DNA of 43,797 nucleotides from Catajapyx aquilonaris (taxonomy: Eukaryota), in contig KZ538597.1 of the NCBI GenBank assembly GCA_000934665.2, forward strand, positions 62,001-105,797. Direction: 5' to 3'. Below the pieces are notes generated by a model, which had not been told where the DNA came from, did no database searches, and was given only the letters and a program-made list of their open reading frames with translations. The position numbers and the translations under genes are program-made. This document shows positions 23,387 to 33,055 of the stretch, in pieces; the stretch's first letter is position 1, and every line of letters starts with the position of its first letter.

Positions 23387-23612
23387 CTGCAAAGTACACA
23401 AGGAAAGAACGAAATTAGCGGTACGTCACCACATCGACATGACCAAATTGTGTGTACAGAAATTAATTGACAAGAATTTATGCAAATAATTGTGCGAAAA
23501 GCGCAACAGGTGCAGTCTGCCTGCACCAACATGGCGTCCTTTTCCACCTACTCTCCTAGAGTAGCTTCTTTTTTTTTTAAGTGTGTAATCCGTGGCCGCA
23601 GGCAGATCAAAG

Positions 23613-23783
23613 ATGGCGGCCTCCAGTAGAGAGCTGGACTTGACTTCTCCGGATTTCGATCCGTATAAAGCCCTGTACTCTTCGTCTGTGTCTGTTCCGG
23701 TCCAGTCGGCTCAATCCCTGGACAATCTGGACGCCTACGACGCCATCAGGAGAGGCGTCAGGGCCCCACAGCCATCAGAAAAG
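23613..23783 (+). CDS. LSM11: U7 snRNA-associated Sm-like protein LSm11, exon 1
   Basis: MAASSRELDLTSPDFDPYKALYS...DNLDAYD resembles the LSm11 N-terminus (LDVSSDSFDPLLALYA...NNVAEYE, FLASH-binding region). Good Kozak AAGATGG; donor AAG|GTCTGG. Confidence 0.92.
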
Positions 23784-23885
23784 GTCTGGCACCGTTTCTC
23801 ATGTTAAAGCAATGTGTTTTGAGCTGTGACGTCACTTTCGCCACTTCTTTTTTTTTTTTTTCCTTTCAATATTTCCCGCGCTCAG

Positions 23886-23943
23886 GAAAAGAAAGCGGAA
23901 GAACGACCTCAGACACTTCAGAGGGCCTTTTTGCCCCATCAAA
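23886..23943 (+). CDS. LSM11: LSm11 exon 2 (EKKAEERPQTLQRAFLPHQ)
   Basis: Long poly-T tract then CTCAG acceptor; donor A|GTGAGT, phase 1. Keeps the frame into exon 3. Confidence 0.85.
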
Positions 23944-24104
23944 GTGAGTTAATTGCTATTACTTAATCGCGATTAGAAAGACAGTGAGCTGACGATCATT
24001 AAATTATTACTCCACACACACAGAGTGATTATGCATTTTCCCTAGATTGAATGACATTTGGACTTGCGAATAGTATTGAAATCAAGTACATGTACATAAA
24101 TGGT

Positions 24105-24880
24105 AAAATAATAAACACATAATTAATTAAATAAATAATGCATAACTAATAAATAATAAGTAATATCAATAAATAAAACACTCAGTAAATTGTAGTAATA
24201 GCATAATAAAATAATAATTAGTATAAATGATAAAATATATAATAAAATAATTAGTCCAAATGATAAAATATATAATAAAATAATAATTAGTACAAATGAT
24301 AGAATATACAATAAAATAATAAATAGTTAATTATATATAAAATATATAATAAAATAAATAGTTAATTAATATAAAATATATAATACATAGTAAATAAATA
24401 ATAAATGGTAAATAAATCATAACCCTGTCATAACTAGTAAATGGTAAATAAATAATAAATAGCAAATAAATAATAAATGGTAACTAAATCATAAATAGTC
24501 AATAAATATGCTAATATGTAATAAATAATAAATCAAATAATACATTGCGCATTTTATATTTTCTGTATTTCATTATTACGTAGTTTATAAGTTGTTGCTT
24601 ATTTTGTAATTATTTTAGTGGCATTTTATTTATTTATTTTATGTTTATTTTTTCCTATTATTTTACTGATTTTAAATTTTATTATTTTTACCATTTTTTA
24701 AATTTAGTTCATATTTTGGGTTAGCTTGTGGCTCCCGTCATCGCTGACTACCCCTTACAGGGAAATGTCGTGATGGTGGTGATGATGATGATTTTGCTTA
24801 TTTTATTATTTCATTAGTTTCTATTAGTTTGGTTTTATTTGTTTTTATTTGTTTGGTTTTATTTATTTATTTATTTCACG
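24105..24880. repeat. AT-rich low-complexity tract in LSM11 intron 2
   Basis: Degenerate AATAAAT/ATAT repeats that switch to T-rich. A similar tract lies at about 15830-16130. Confidence 0.8.
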
Positions 24881-25705
24881 CAACGAGATGTAAGCCAATA
24901 CATTTTCTGATTATGATCAAAAATTAAAACGTCACACTGCATTGCATTTTCATGACAACAATGAAGCGTGATATTTAATTCATATCATTATACCAAAGTT
25001 GAGCGTTTCCTATTCTATCGATTCAATTAATATAATTTTTTAATTGGGAATTTGTATGTGATTTCTTTTTTGCAAGTTTTGGCTCAAATTTTGGTTCGTT
25101 TTGTCAGACACTTTTAATGCGGATAGGTAATATCCTGCAGGTTGTGCCACCCTCCAATGCGCGTGGTCATATACCAGCAGGATATTTACTTTAGCATGTG
25201 TAGTACATGAATGTGGTGTATACAGTAGTGCATGTCCACATGTAGCTGTTACTAGGAATTTGAAATCGTGGGTTACGTAAGCTCAAATTAATGGGGGGGA
25301 TATTCGATTATTGCTCGGTTCCAAGAATAATTTTAAACAAAAAATTAGCAACGCGTTAACTATGCATTGCGTTGCTCCAATGCGCGGCTTTTCTCTAATC
25401 GATGGTACAAAATTCCGCCGTTTGAGGTAAACACTCACTTTTACGTGAGGAACCAGCACCTTTTCTCTCTTAAAATGATCGATCTAACCGGAGACTTAAA
25501 CGACGGTTAACCCAACACTTAACTTAATGTTTTGTGCTGGTATTTACGGCCGGTTTCGCCGAGTAGGATGTATATTATAAATCCGAGTTTTCTTTCTGAA
25601 AATCCTAACTGTTGATTGTTGTCAGCAATGGTAAACCGAGGTTCAAAATTTTAACCAGGTTGGTGAAACCCGACCTTAATCCGATGTTTTCTCTCATTTT
25701 CGTTG

Positions 25706-25832
25706 TACAGTGCTGGGCATTAATGTTGTCGTACTGGTGGCGCCACGATCTGTAGGCGGAAAAATGCATCGATTCGCTCTTTTGACATCAACGGCTGTTG
25801 GCGCCACCTGTGCGACACCATTCAGCAATGTA
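25706..25832. mobile_element. Hairpin repeat, family B copy 2
   Basis: GTCGTACTGGTGGCGCCAC ... TGGCGCCACCTGTGCGAC imperfect inverted repeat; related to 6991-7075. Confidence 0.55.
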
Positions 25833-25920
25833 CTATGGGCGCCAAAAGAATTGACCGGTGTTGATGGGTATATAACGCCATATACCCATCAAATCCGGTC
25901 AATTCTTTTGGCGCCCATAG
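25833..25920. mobile_element. 88-bp hairpin MITE with TA TSD
   Basis: CTATGGGCGCCAAAAGAATTGACCGG..TTGATGGGTATAT and its reverse complement, 6-nt loop, TA on both flanks. Confidence 0.88.
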
Positions 25921-25972
25921 TAGGCTACAGTACAACCGAACATGATTTTTTTTATTATTATTGCATGGTCAG

Positions 25973-26085
25973 TGCCAATACACGTGCCCAGACGTGTCCT
26001 TCCGAACCTCCTGAGTCGCATGAAGAACTTCCAAGGTCCACTGGCTGCTTTATTCACATACGTGGAGCAAGGACGAAGACTAAGG
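25973..26085 (+). CDS. LSM11: LSm11 exon 3 (PIHVPRRVLPNLLSRMKNFQGPLAALFTYVEQGRRLR)
   Basis: Resembles LSm11 RNVLTRM...SPLGELHRCIREGVKV. Acceptor ...GGTCAG, donor AGG|GTCAGT. Confidence 0.9.
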
Positions 26086-26142
26086 GTCAGTACACTACTG
26101 GGTTGCACCATTCGCCGGTTAATTTTAACCGTCGGTATATAG

Positions 26143-26284
26143 GTGTGGACAAGAGACATGTGCGGCGTCAGAGGCGTGATGACGGCGACGCTCGTGGCGT
26201 TCGACAAGCACTGGAACCTGGCCATGATCGACGTCGACGAGTATTACGTCCGACGAAGAACTGGCGTCAAAGTTCCTGCCACTG
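26143..26284 (+). CDS. LSM11: LSm11 exon 4, Sm1 motif
   Basis: VWTRDMCGVRGVMTATLVAFDKHWNLAMIDVDEYY corresponds to Sm1 ([26 protein letters not shown]). Preceded by a 57-bp intron; donor CTG|GTACGA, phase 1. Confidence 0.93.
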
Positions 26285-27281
26285 GTACGACACTTCCATC
26301 GCCTGCTTTTGCCATATATCAACCCACGCAGTACAGTTATGTCACCTCCAGTGTAGTTACCGGACCTTGGTTTGTTTGGGCACCTTTTGACAGGAGAGGC
26401 CGAAATATGAAGGCCTGCTGCTGCTGTGTGTGTGCAGGCGAAGGCCAACCCTATTGGGTGGGTGGGTGGGGTGGAATAAAGGCCAACGTACTTGCCGCAT
26501 TGACCTCTGCCTGCCAGTGGGTCACGGTCACCACGCCCAGTTTCCCTTCCGAATTCTAACGCAATGTGCCCCACTCATTTGGCAACCCCGCCTTCTTTGG
26601 ACCGCGCTGCGCACTCGAAGGACAAGGCATTGATGACCACGCGTTATTTTTATAGTTATTTGTGAATGGGGACGTCCTGCGGGCATTGAGGATTCTGATA
26701 TTTGCAATACCTGCGGTTACTAAGTACAGATGAATGTTCGGGAGAAAAACATGTTAACCGCCATCAGTGGAGGCGAGCCTTTCAAATGTAGACAGTCGTA
26801 GAAATGAGTAAGGTAGCAGACCTGTCCAAGAGAGGCTATCCTCCCTCTTCACGACTAGTATGCAGAACCATAAAAATCGTCCTTATTTTTAAGTGAATTT
26901 TGGTCCTTTTTGTTTGCAGAAATGAGTATTAGTTGTCGAGCTGTGATCGATCAAAGATCACATTAATTATACGGTATCGTACTGCCCTCTGACGTCACTG
27001 CGGCTTAATCACTAGTGGTTCAGAGGCAGGAACGCACCCGAGCTACTTTGTTTTGTTTGCTTTTGTGCTCCTACCAATGGCATCGAACAACTTCCAGTAA
27101 ATGAGCGAATCAAACCGTCAGTCTGCTGACGTCATCTGCAATAGGCAGGCGTCGGAATGCGCTTTCTAGGCCACGCCCCCTTTTTCCCCCGCCAATTTGA
27201 AGGTAACTTTTAAACCCGGCGGCAATTTATTGATGAATGGCATTTTGGTGCTAAAAAGTGGTGGAATGCGTTTAGTTGAGC

Positions 27282-27566
27282 TATAGTAGGGGTAAGCTAA
27301 CTTATGGGTTTTGGGAGGTGGCTTGTATCCTTGGCAGCCATAATTAGCCCCGCCCCCTGCTGAGTTCTTTTTTTGTATGGAATTTAGAACGATTGGTGGG
27401 GAAATATGTAAACAAACTCATCTCATTCTTGAGGTTTTAGAACATAACGCCCATCTCATTTGAAATCGAATCCTGATTGGTCGACCGGTAAGGGGCGGGG
27501 CTAATTATGGTCGCCAAGGACACAAGCCACCTCCCAAAACCCATAAGTTAGCTTAACTCCACTATA
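27282..27566. mobile_element. MITE with about 75-bp TIRs in LSM11 intron 4
   Basis: TAAGCTAACTTATGGGTTTTGGGAGGTGGCTTGT..ATAATTAGCCCCGCCCC and its reverse complement; TA at the ends. Confidence 0.85.
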
Positions 27567-27768
27567 ATTGTGCAATTTACTAGTTTCCCAAATCCCAGAC
27601 CAAGGCTATAGGACCCCATTTGATCCTCTGTGGTACCTTACTCATTTCAGCAACTACATGTCAAGTACAGAGGCCAATTGCAGCCATCATTTTTGCTATT
27701 CTCGTCCTTTGTAACCTAGATTTGTGGATGACCCGTGACCCAGACCCCGTTTCTTTTTTTTTGTCCAG

Positions 27769-28064
27769 GCGATGAATTGGCCTCGTCCATGAGCCGGCTG
27801 AGATTGGACTCACACCTGCCCGACTCAGGGGTCAAACCTGACCAACCCTGGGCCCTTCTGCTGGCCGCCCCTGACCTGTCCCGCAGGCAGTCGTCCGAAA
27901 GTGGACAACACATGGGACCGTCCACTTCCACAGGTCGAATGACCCACCACACCACTGGGACGCCACTGGCCAGGACCCGGAAGTGGACGCTGGTCTCCAG
28001 GCACATGACCCAGGTCATGCTCAGGGGAGAGCAGGTGGCCATTGTCGCCCCCACCACCTCATGA
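27769..28064 (+). CDS. LSM11: LSm11 exon 5, long spacer plus Sm2 motif
   Basis: Acceptor TTTTTTTTTGTCCAG, phase-1 join. RHMTQVMLRGEQVAIV corresponds to Sm2 (RHINQIFIRGENVLLV). TGA at 28062-28064. Total CDS 780 nt, 259 aa. Confidence 0.92.
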
Positions 28065-28211
28065 CGCTGCCTACTGTTTGACTTTATTGTTTAGTTTGGC
28101 TGACAGCAACGTCCAGTTGCAGATACTGGACACCAGTTGTATTACACATCATGATCTACCAGTGCATGTCACAGGCACCCACAGAATCAGCGTGGCACCT
28201 TGTATGTGAAT

Positions 28212-28217
28212 AATAAA
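28212..28217 (+). terminator. Probable LSM11 polyadenylation signal AATAAA
   Basis: AATAAA about 150 nt after the stop, followed by T-rich sequence. A second AATAAA sits at 28322. Confidence 0.55.
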
Positions 28218-29671
28218 TTATTATACTTTTTCGTACCCACCTATTGGAAGTGGATTGCTCCTGGCACCAGCTGTGGAAGAGAGGGAAGCTTTATTAACTC
28301 CACGTTGTCGTGGCAGAGGTGAATAAACTCCCCTAACGCTCTGTTATCCAGCACATTTTAATGGTCTGTTAAGAGCCCTCAACATGCCTGCGAGTTAGGT
28401 ACCAAACACTAAGTGCTCTTACAATAGTATGGACCGCAAGAAATTACACTGCATGGCAATAATATTCATAGTGATAAAATATCAGACAAAAGTAACTATT
28501 GCTGTGAAAATACAAAAGTAATTGTCAGTGGTTATATCTGGGAAAATAACCACATTTTTAAGGGACTAGAGTTAACTACATGTTTCAGTAAACCAGTAGT
28601 AGTTCAAGAAATCCCAATGACACATTTCATAGTTTCCCAATGATGCGGTCATGATGCGGACCAACTTTACATGTCAACAAGGACTGTGCGCTTGTTCATA
28701 CCAAGGTAATAGCAATTTATTCAATCATACTTCAGCAGGCCTTGTGAAAATCACAATGAGTCGTAAGGTTACAATAACGAAAATTCTATTCTTCATATGA
28801 TTAGAGCGATTTTTTTTTCCTGTTTAAATTCTGTAATTTAATCAAAAGTGCCAACAATGGACTTCTGTTTCCACTTCATCCCATCAACTGTGGCGTAACA
28901 CTTGACACCACTTTTGGCAGGGTGAAACACTGGACAACAATGTAAAATTTTCCGGACAATAATCTGTCCCAAACCACCTGCGATTATATCCAATCAAAAT
29001 AGCCGGCTATTCATGCGGATGCAGATAGTGCAATTGAATGGTGGATCCAATTACAGTGTGTGCCCCGCTTTTTTCCCCCACCTCTATCTGTCTGGATGAA
29101 GCGAACAACAATTGCCCGCAACAATGCCAATTATGATCAGTATTGATTATAAACAGAGAGAGAGAGAGGAAGAAGGGAATGAATTTTTGTCCGAACCCAA
29201 CCCAAAAAAGCACAGGCCCATCTGGTGACCCACATAAAGGTCACCTACACCGGAAGTTGTGTATTTTTTCTCTCTCTCTCTGTTGTTACCTCCCCTCCCC
29301 CTCCTACCCTCCGCCTCCCCCTTTTTTGTGTCACTCAAAATGGGAAAGATAATCATTATTGTTCTCCAGCTCAATGGTGACAATAAGACTTATTGTCACC
29401 AGACACAAAATAAAGGTGATCTCTCGGTCATGCTTCAAATAGCAGACCTTTTTTTTATATTTTTATTATTCGAGCCGTATATTTCGGGACTATTAGCAAG
29501 GCCATATTTTTATCGATGATCCTAATACTATCTTTGAATACATAATTCAGTAGGCCTATAACACGTACGTGTTATATGTATAATTATAATTATGAATTGC
29601 GCCAATTGATTGCACCAGTTTTCTGCGATTTACCTGCACCTTAGTTACATTTATCCTCACCCTGACCTGTG

Positions 29672-30405
29672 TATAGTTGTTAACTATAGTTGAAGGCCTG
29701 CTTACTTGAAAGGTGATGTTGGCACCCCTGCTATAAAAGTGGCACGTTTATGACATGTCCGTCGTGGCAGGGGTGCCAATCTTATCCATTCAAGGGTAGG
29801 TCTTCAACTATAGTTTTTAAAATATATATCTACGAATATACCCATTGTTATTGCTATGGGTGTAGTTGCTAACTATAGTTGAAGTCCTGTTAGCTTGAAA
29901 GGTGATGTTGGCACCCCTGCTAAAAGTGGCACGTTCGTGGCAGGGGTGCCATTCTTATCCATTCAAGGGGAGGTCTTCAACTATAGTTTTTTTTAATGAT
30001 CTACGAATATACCCCCCTTTTATTGTTATGGGTGTAGTTGCTACTGTAGTTGAAGTCCTGTTAGCTTGAAAGGTAATGCTGGCATCCGTGCTGAAAGTGC
30101 CAGGTTTATGTCATGTGTACATTGTAGCAGGGGTGCCATTCTTATCCATTCAAGGTGGGGTCTTCAACTATAGTTTTTTTTTTAAATGATCTGCGAATAT
30201 ACCCCCATTTATTGTTATGGGTGTCGTTGCTACTGTAGTTGAAGTCCTGTTAGCTTGAAAGGTGATGTTGGCATCCCTGCTGAATAAGTGCCAGGTTTAT
30301 GTCATGTGTACATCGTAGCATGGGTGCCAATCTTATCCATTCAAGGGGGGTCTTCAACTATAGTAAAAGATGATATGTGAATACGGCCACTTTTATTGTT
30401 ATGGC
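29672..30405. repeat. Tandem array of four 170-190-bp units, each an internal hairpin
   Basis: Hairpins CTRTAGTTGAAG...CTTCAACTATAG at 29684-29813, 29873-29986, 30044-30173 and 30233-30363, separated by a conserved linker of about 58 bp. Confidence 0.92.
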
Positions 30406-30758
30406 AAGCTGTGTTGGCTACTATGTCATGGGTCATTCCAGGGTGTCCACAGTTGCCAGACGAATAATATTGTGTTTTTTTTCTAAAACATGGGCTTATG
30501 TATAAAACAGTCAGGTTTTTCCCCCCTCCCCCATACCTTTCTGACTGGGTAATGTGTTATGATAATAATAAAAGTGAGTGGGAAAATTTCTCCTAACTTT
30601 CTCCTGACATACTTCATCACCCCCACCCCCCTCTACCCCTCTCCTGTCCTTTTATTTTGTGTTTTTTTAATACTTCAGCGGGGGCCAACTTTCTCCAAGG
30701 GTCGCATTTTTCGGGTAATTGGTCCCGAAAACTCGCCCAATTTTCCACCTTGGCGCAC

Positions 30759-30761
<3 letters not shown>

Positions 30762-30794
<33 letters not shown>
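30762..30794. repeat. (CT)n microsatellite
   Basis: About 16 dinucleotide units. Confidence 0.95.
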
Positions 30795-30798
<4 letters not shown>

Positions 30799-31317
30799 GA
30801 TGGCGGCCATTTTGGATCGAGCCAAACCATGATTGTGACGGTCAACAGTGGGGACACACATACACTGGCATTGTTGTGTCCGCCATATCGCAAGGTGGAC
30901 GAGCACAAGTAGGCCTAGGTTGCATGCACCTTGGGTTCCGAAAATTCAATGCAAGAGAGATGCAGAGAAGGAAAAAATAAAATAAAAAAAGTTTTATTAT
31001 TTTGGAGGCTGGACCGCTAGAGGAGTGAGGGTCACGTGTGAAAGGGCCACGTGACCCTCATGCGCCCAAGGTGATATGCTCTGCTCAAGGTGACCTTACT
31101 CACCGCGCCACCCACTTTGGTGGTCACTCAGGTGACCTCCATGGTTGCCCAATTTCTATACCCTTGCCTCTTTTTTTTCCGATGCTGCTCATCGGCGGCC
31201 ATGAGCAAGACGAGGGGAGTTGAGGTGAGTCGCGTTTCAAAGGTATAACCAGTTATTATTAACCGTTCAAAAGTAACCGGTTGAAAATCGCCGTCAAGAA
31301 TAAATAAACAGTTTATT

Positions 31318-31707
31318 CAAACGTTACTAGTAGCAGCTGCGTCTTGAAATGTTACTAGGTATGTTACAGAGCCGTTTTGAAACGTTACTACTGCAGAGTT
31401 ACGTTAAAAAATCGTTGTTGGTTATAGCTACTCGCTATAGCTGCTACTAGTTAAAAGTCAAGTTATTCGGGCTGAAAATAGCTAGTAGAGTTACAGAACC
31501 TTTAGGCAACTCTCAATGAAACGTTACTCTAGTTGCAGCTGCATTGTGAAAAGTTACTAGTTACAGCTACTTTTTGAAACGTTACTGTAGAGTTACGTTT
31601 AAAAAATCGTTGTTGGTTATAGCTACTCACTATAGCCGTAGTTAAAAGCCAAGTTATTCGGGCTGAAAATAGCTAGTAAAGTTAGAGAACCTTTAGTTAA
31701 TTCTCAA
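31318..31707. repeat. Two tandem units of about 200 bp, rich in AAACGTTACT
   Basis: AGAGTTACGTT..AAAAAATCGTTGTTGGTTATAGCTACTC...AAGTTATTCGGGCTGAAAATAGCTAGTA is duplicated; abuts the gap. Confidence 0.8.
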
Positions 31708-31733
31708 TCCGTGTTGGGAGGGGGGGGGGTATG

Positions 31734-31900
31734 NNNNNNNNNNNNNNNNNNNNNNNNNNNNNNNNNNNNNNNNNNNNNNNNNNNNNNNNNNNNNNNNNNN
31801 NNNNNNNNNNNNNNNNNNNNNNNNNNNNNNNNNNNNNNNNNNNNNNNNNNNNNNNNNNNNNNNNNNNNNNNNNNNNNNNNNNNNNNNNNNNNNNNNNNNN
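31734..31900. other. Assembly gap (167 N) flanked by poly-G
   Basis: Run of N. Confidence 1.
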
Positions 31901-31920
31901 GGGGGGGGGGGGTGTCGCAG

Positions 31921-31976
31921 GTTACTTGACTATCATAAAAGGGGGATCGCGATCCGAAAATTATTGGGAACCACTG
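31921..31976 (-). mobile_element. hAT-like element terminus
   Basis: Minus strand begins CAGTGGTTCCCAA, typical of hAT/Charlie TIRs. The partner end is not seen and may be in the gap. Confidence 0.45.
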
Positions 31977-32890
31977 TCCTAATGGATCGTTAGGAGCCAC
32001 GTGTGCTAACGATCTGTTAGGTGCTATCGAATCGGTAATTTCGTTGGTGCAATCGGGCAAAACATTTTTGGAAGGTAATTAAGAAAAACGAATTTTTGTG
32101 GTAAAGTAAACAGGTGGGGGTGTCACCTCGCAAAATGTACCGTAACAAAAGTAACTTCCCTTAGAGATACTGTTTATTTGTAACTATAGCTATACTGGTA
32201 CTTATGCTGGTTTGCATAAAATATTGCTAATCAGTAATCACTATGAATTTATCCTGCATGAACAACACGGGATCATTGACCAATTGTTTACCAATTTTAT
32301 AGTACAACCGGCTATTACGAAATTAATTATTGTCAAGTTCCTCTTAGATTGACGAGTTACATTTGCAAAGTTACACTACTTGTACATGTGTAATTTTGAC
32401 AGTATGGCCGACTTACCAAGGGTTTCGGGCGATGGCGTCTCTCTATCGCGGCGCCTTCTGCGGCATGCGGCCGGCTGTAATCAACAATAGAAGAATTAAC
32501 TACATGAAGGGAGATATCCATGCAAATTAGTTCTCACTGTCAGCATAACTTTTGGATACACTAGACTCAAGAGGTGACCACATGTTTGCCCTTTGCTACG
32601 GCGACCTATCCATTGCCCCATTGGCTGAATCACACATATATGATCGAATATCAGAAATCATGAACAGTATATTGTCGCATATTCTGTTGGTAAAGTCCTA
32701 ATGTCATCATAAGCGAAAAGATATGAACACAGACAAACAGGTTGTCGACAATATGTATTTTTTGACGGGGGGATTGGGCCAGTGTGACTATGTGTGACAT
32801 AGGGTGGGGGGATTTCTCCAACCAATCAGAAACCGCATAAATTTTCCGGATATATTGGCATCTTGCTTCCCTGTGATAACCATTCATTAC

Positions 32891-33055
32891 CTTCTGCTCA
32901 TGACTGAGTGTTCATGTGGGATCGTTCACATGTGACATCACCAACACGTTATATTCCTTTGTGAAAAATTGGCAGTCCTGCTGTCGAAGAGCGCGAACTG
33001 TCAGGCACACTTCCGGTACAGTCGAGTTATTATTATGGCTCCGTTCACACACTGA
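32891..33055 (-). other. Candidate first (non-coding) exon/promoter of E74A
   Basis: Minus-strand Inr-like TCAGTG at 33055-33050, next to TGACGTCA and ETS-core motifs in a CpG-rich patch. Donor AAG|GTAATG at 32890. The link to E74 is inferred. Confidence 0.4.

Noticed and set aside
23390..23612. Simple bidirectional E74A/LSM11 promoter
   Set aside because: Disfavoured but not excluded: the strong acceptor at 23387 needs an upstream donor, and only a weak AGA|GTAGGT (about 23551) exists here.
25710..26390. 226-aa ORF
   Set aside because: Runs through two MITEs and out-of-frame LSM11 exons; no recognisable protein.
26285..26559. Read-through of LSM11 exon 4 as a 138-aa ORF
   Set aside because: Similarity to LSm11 stops at the GT donor (26285) and Sm2 is found in frame at 27769-28064.
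29672..30405. CRISPR-like repeat/spacer array
   Set aside because: Units are 170-190 bp, the linkers are conserved rather than unique, the context is eukaryotic and there are no cas genes.
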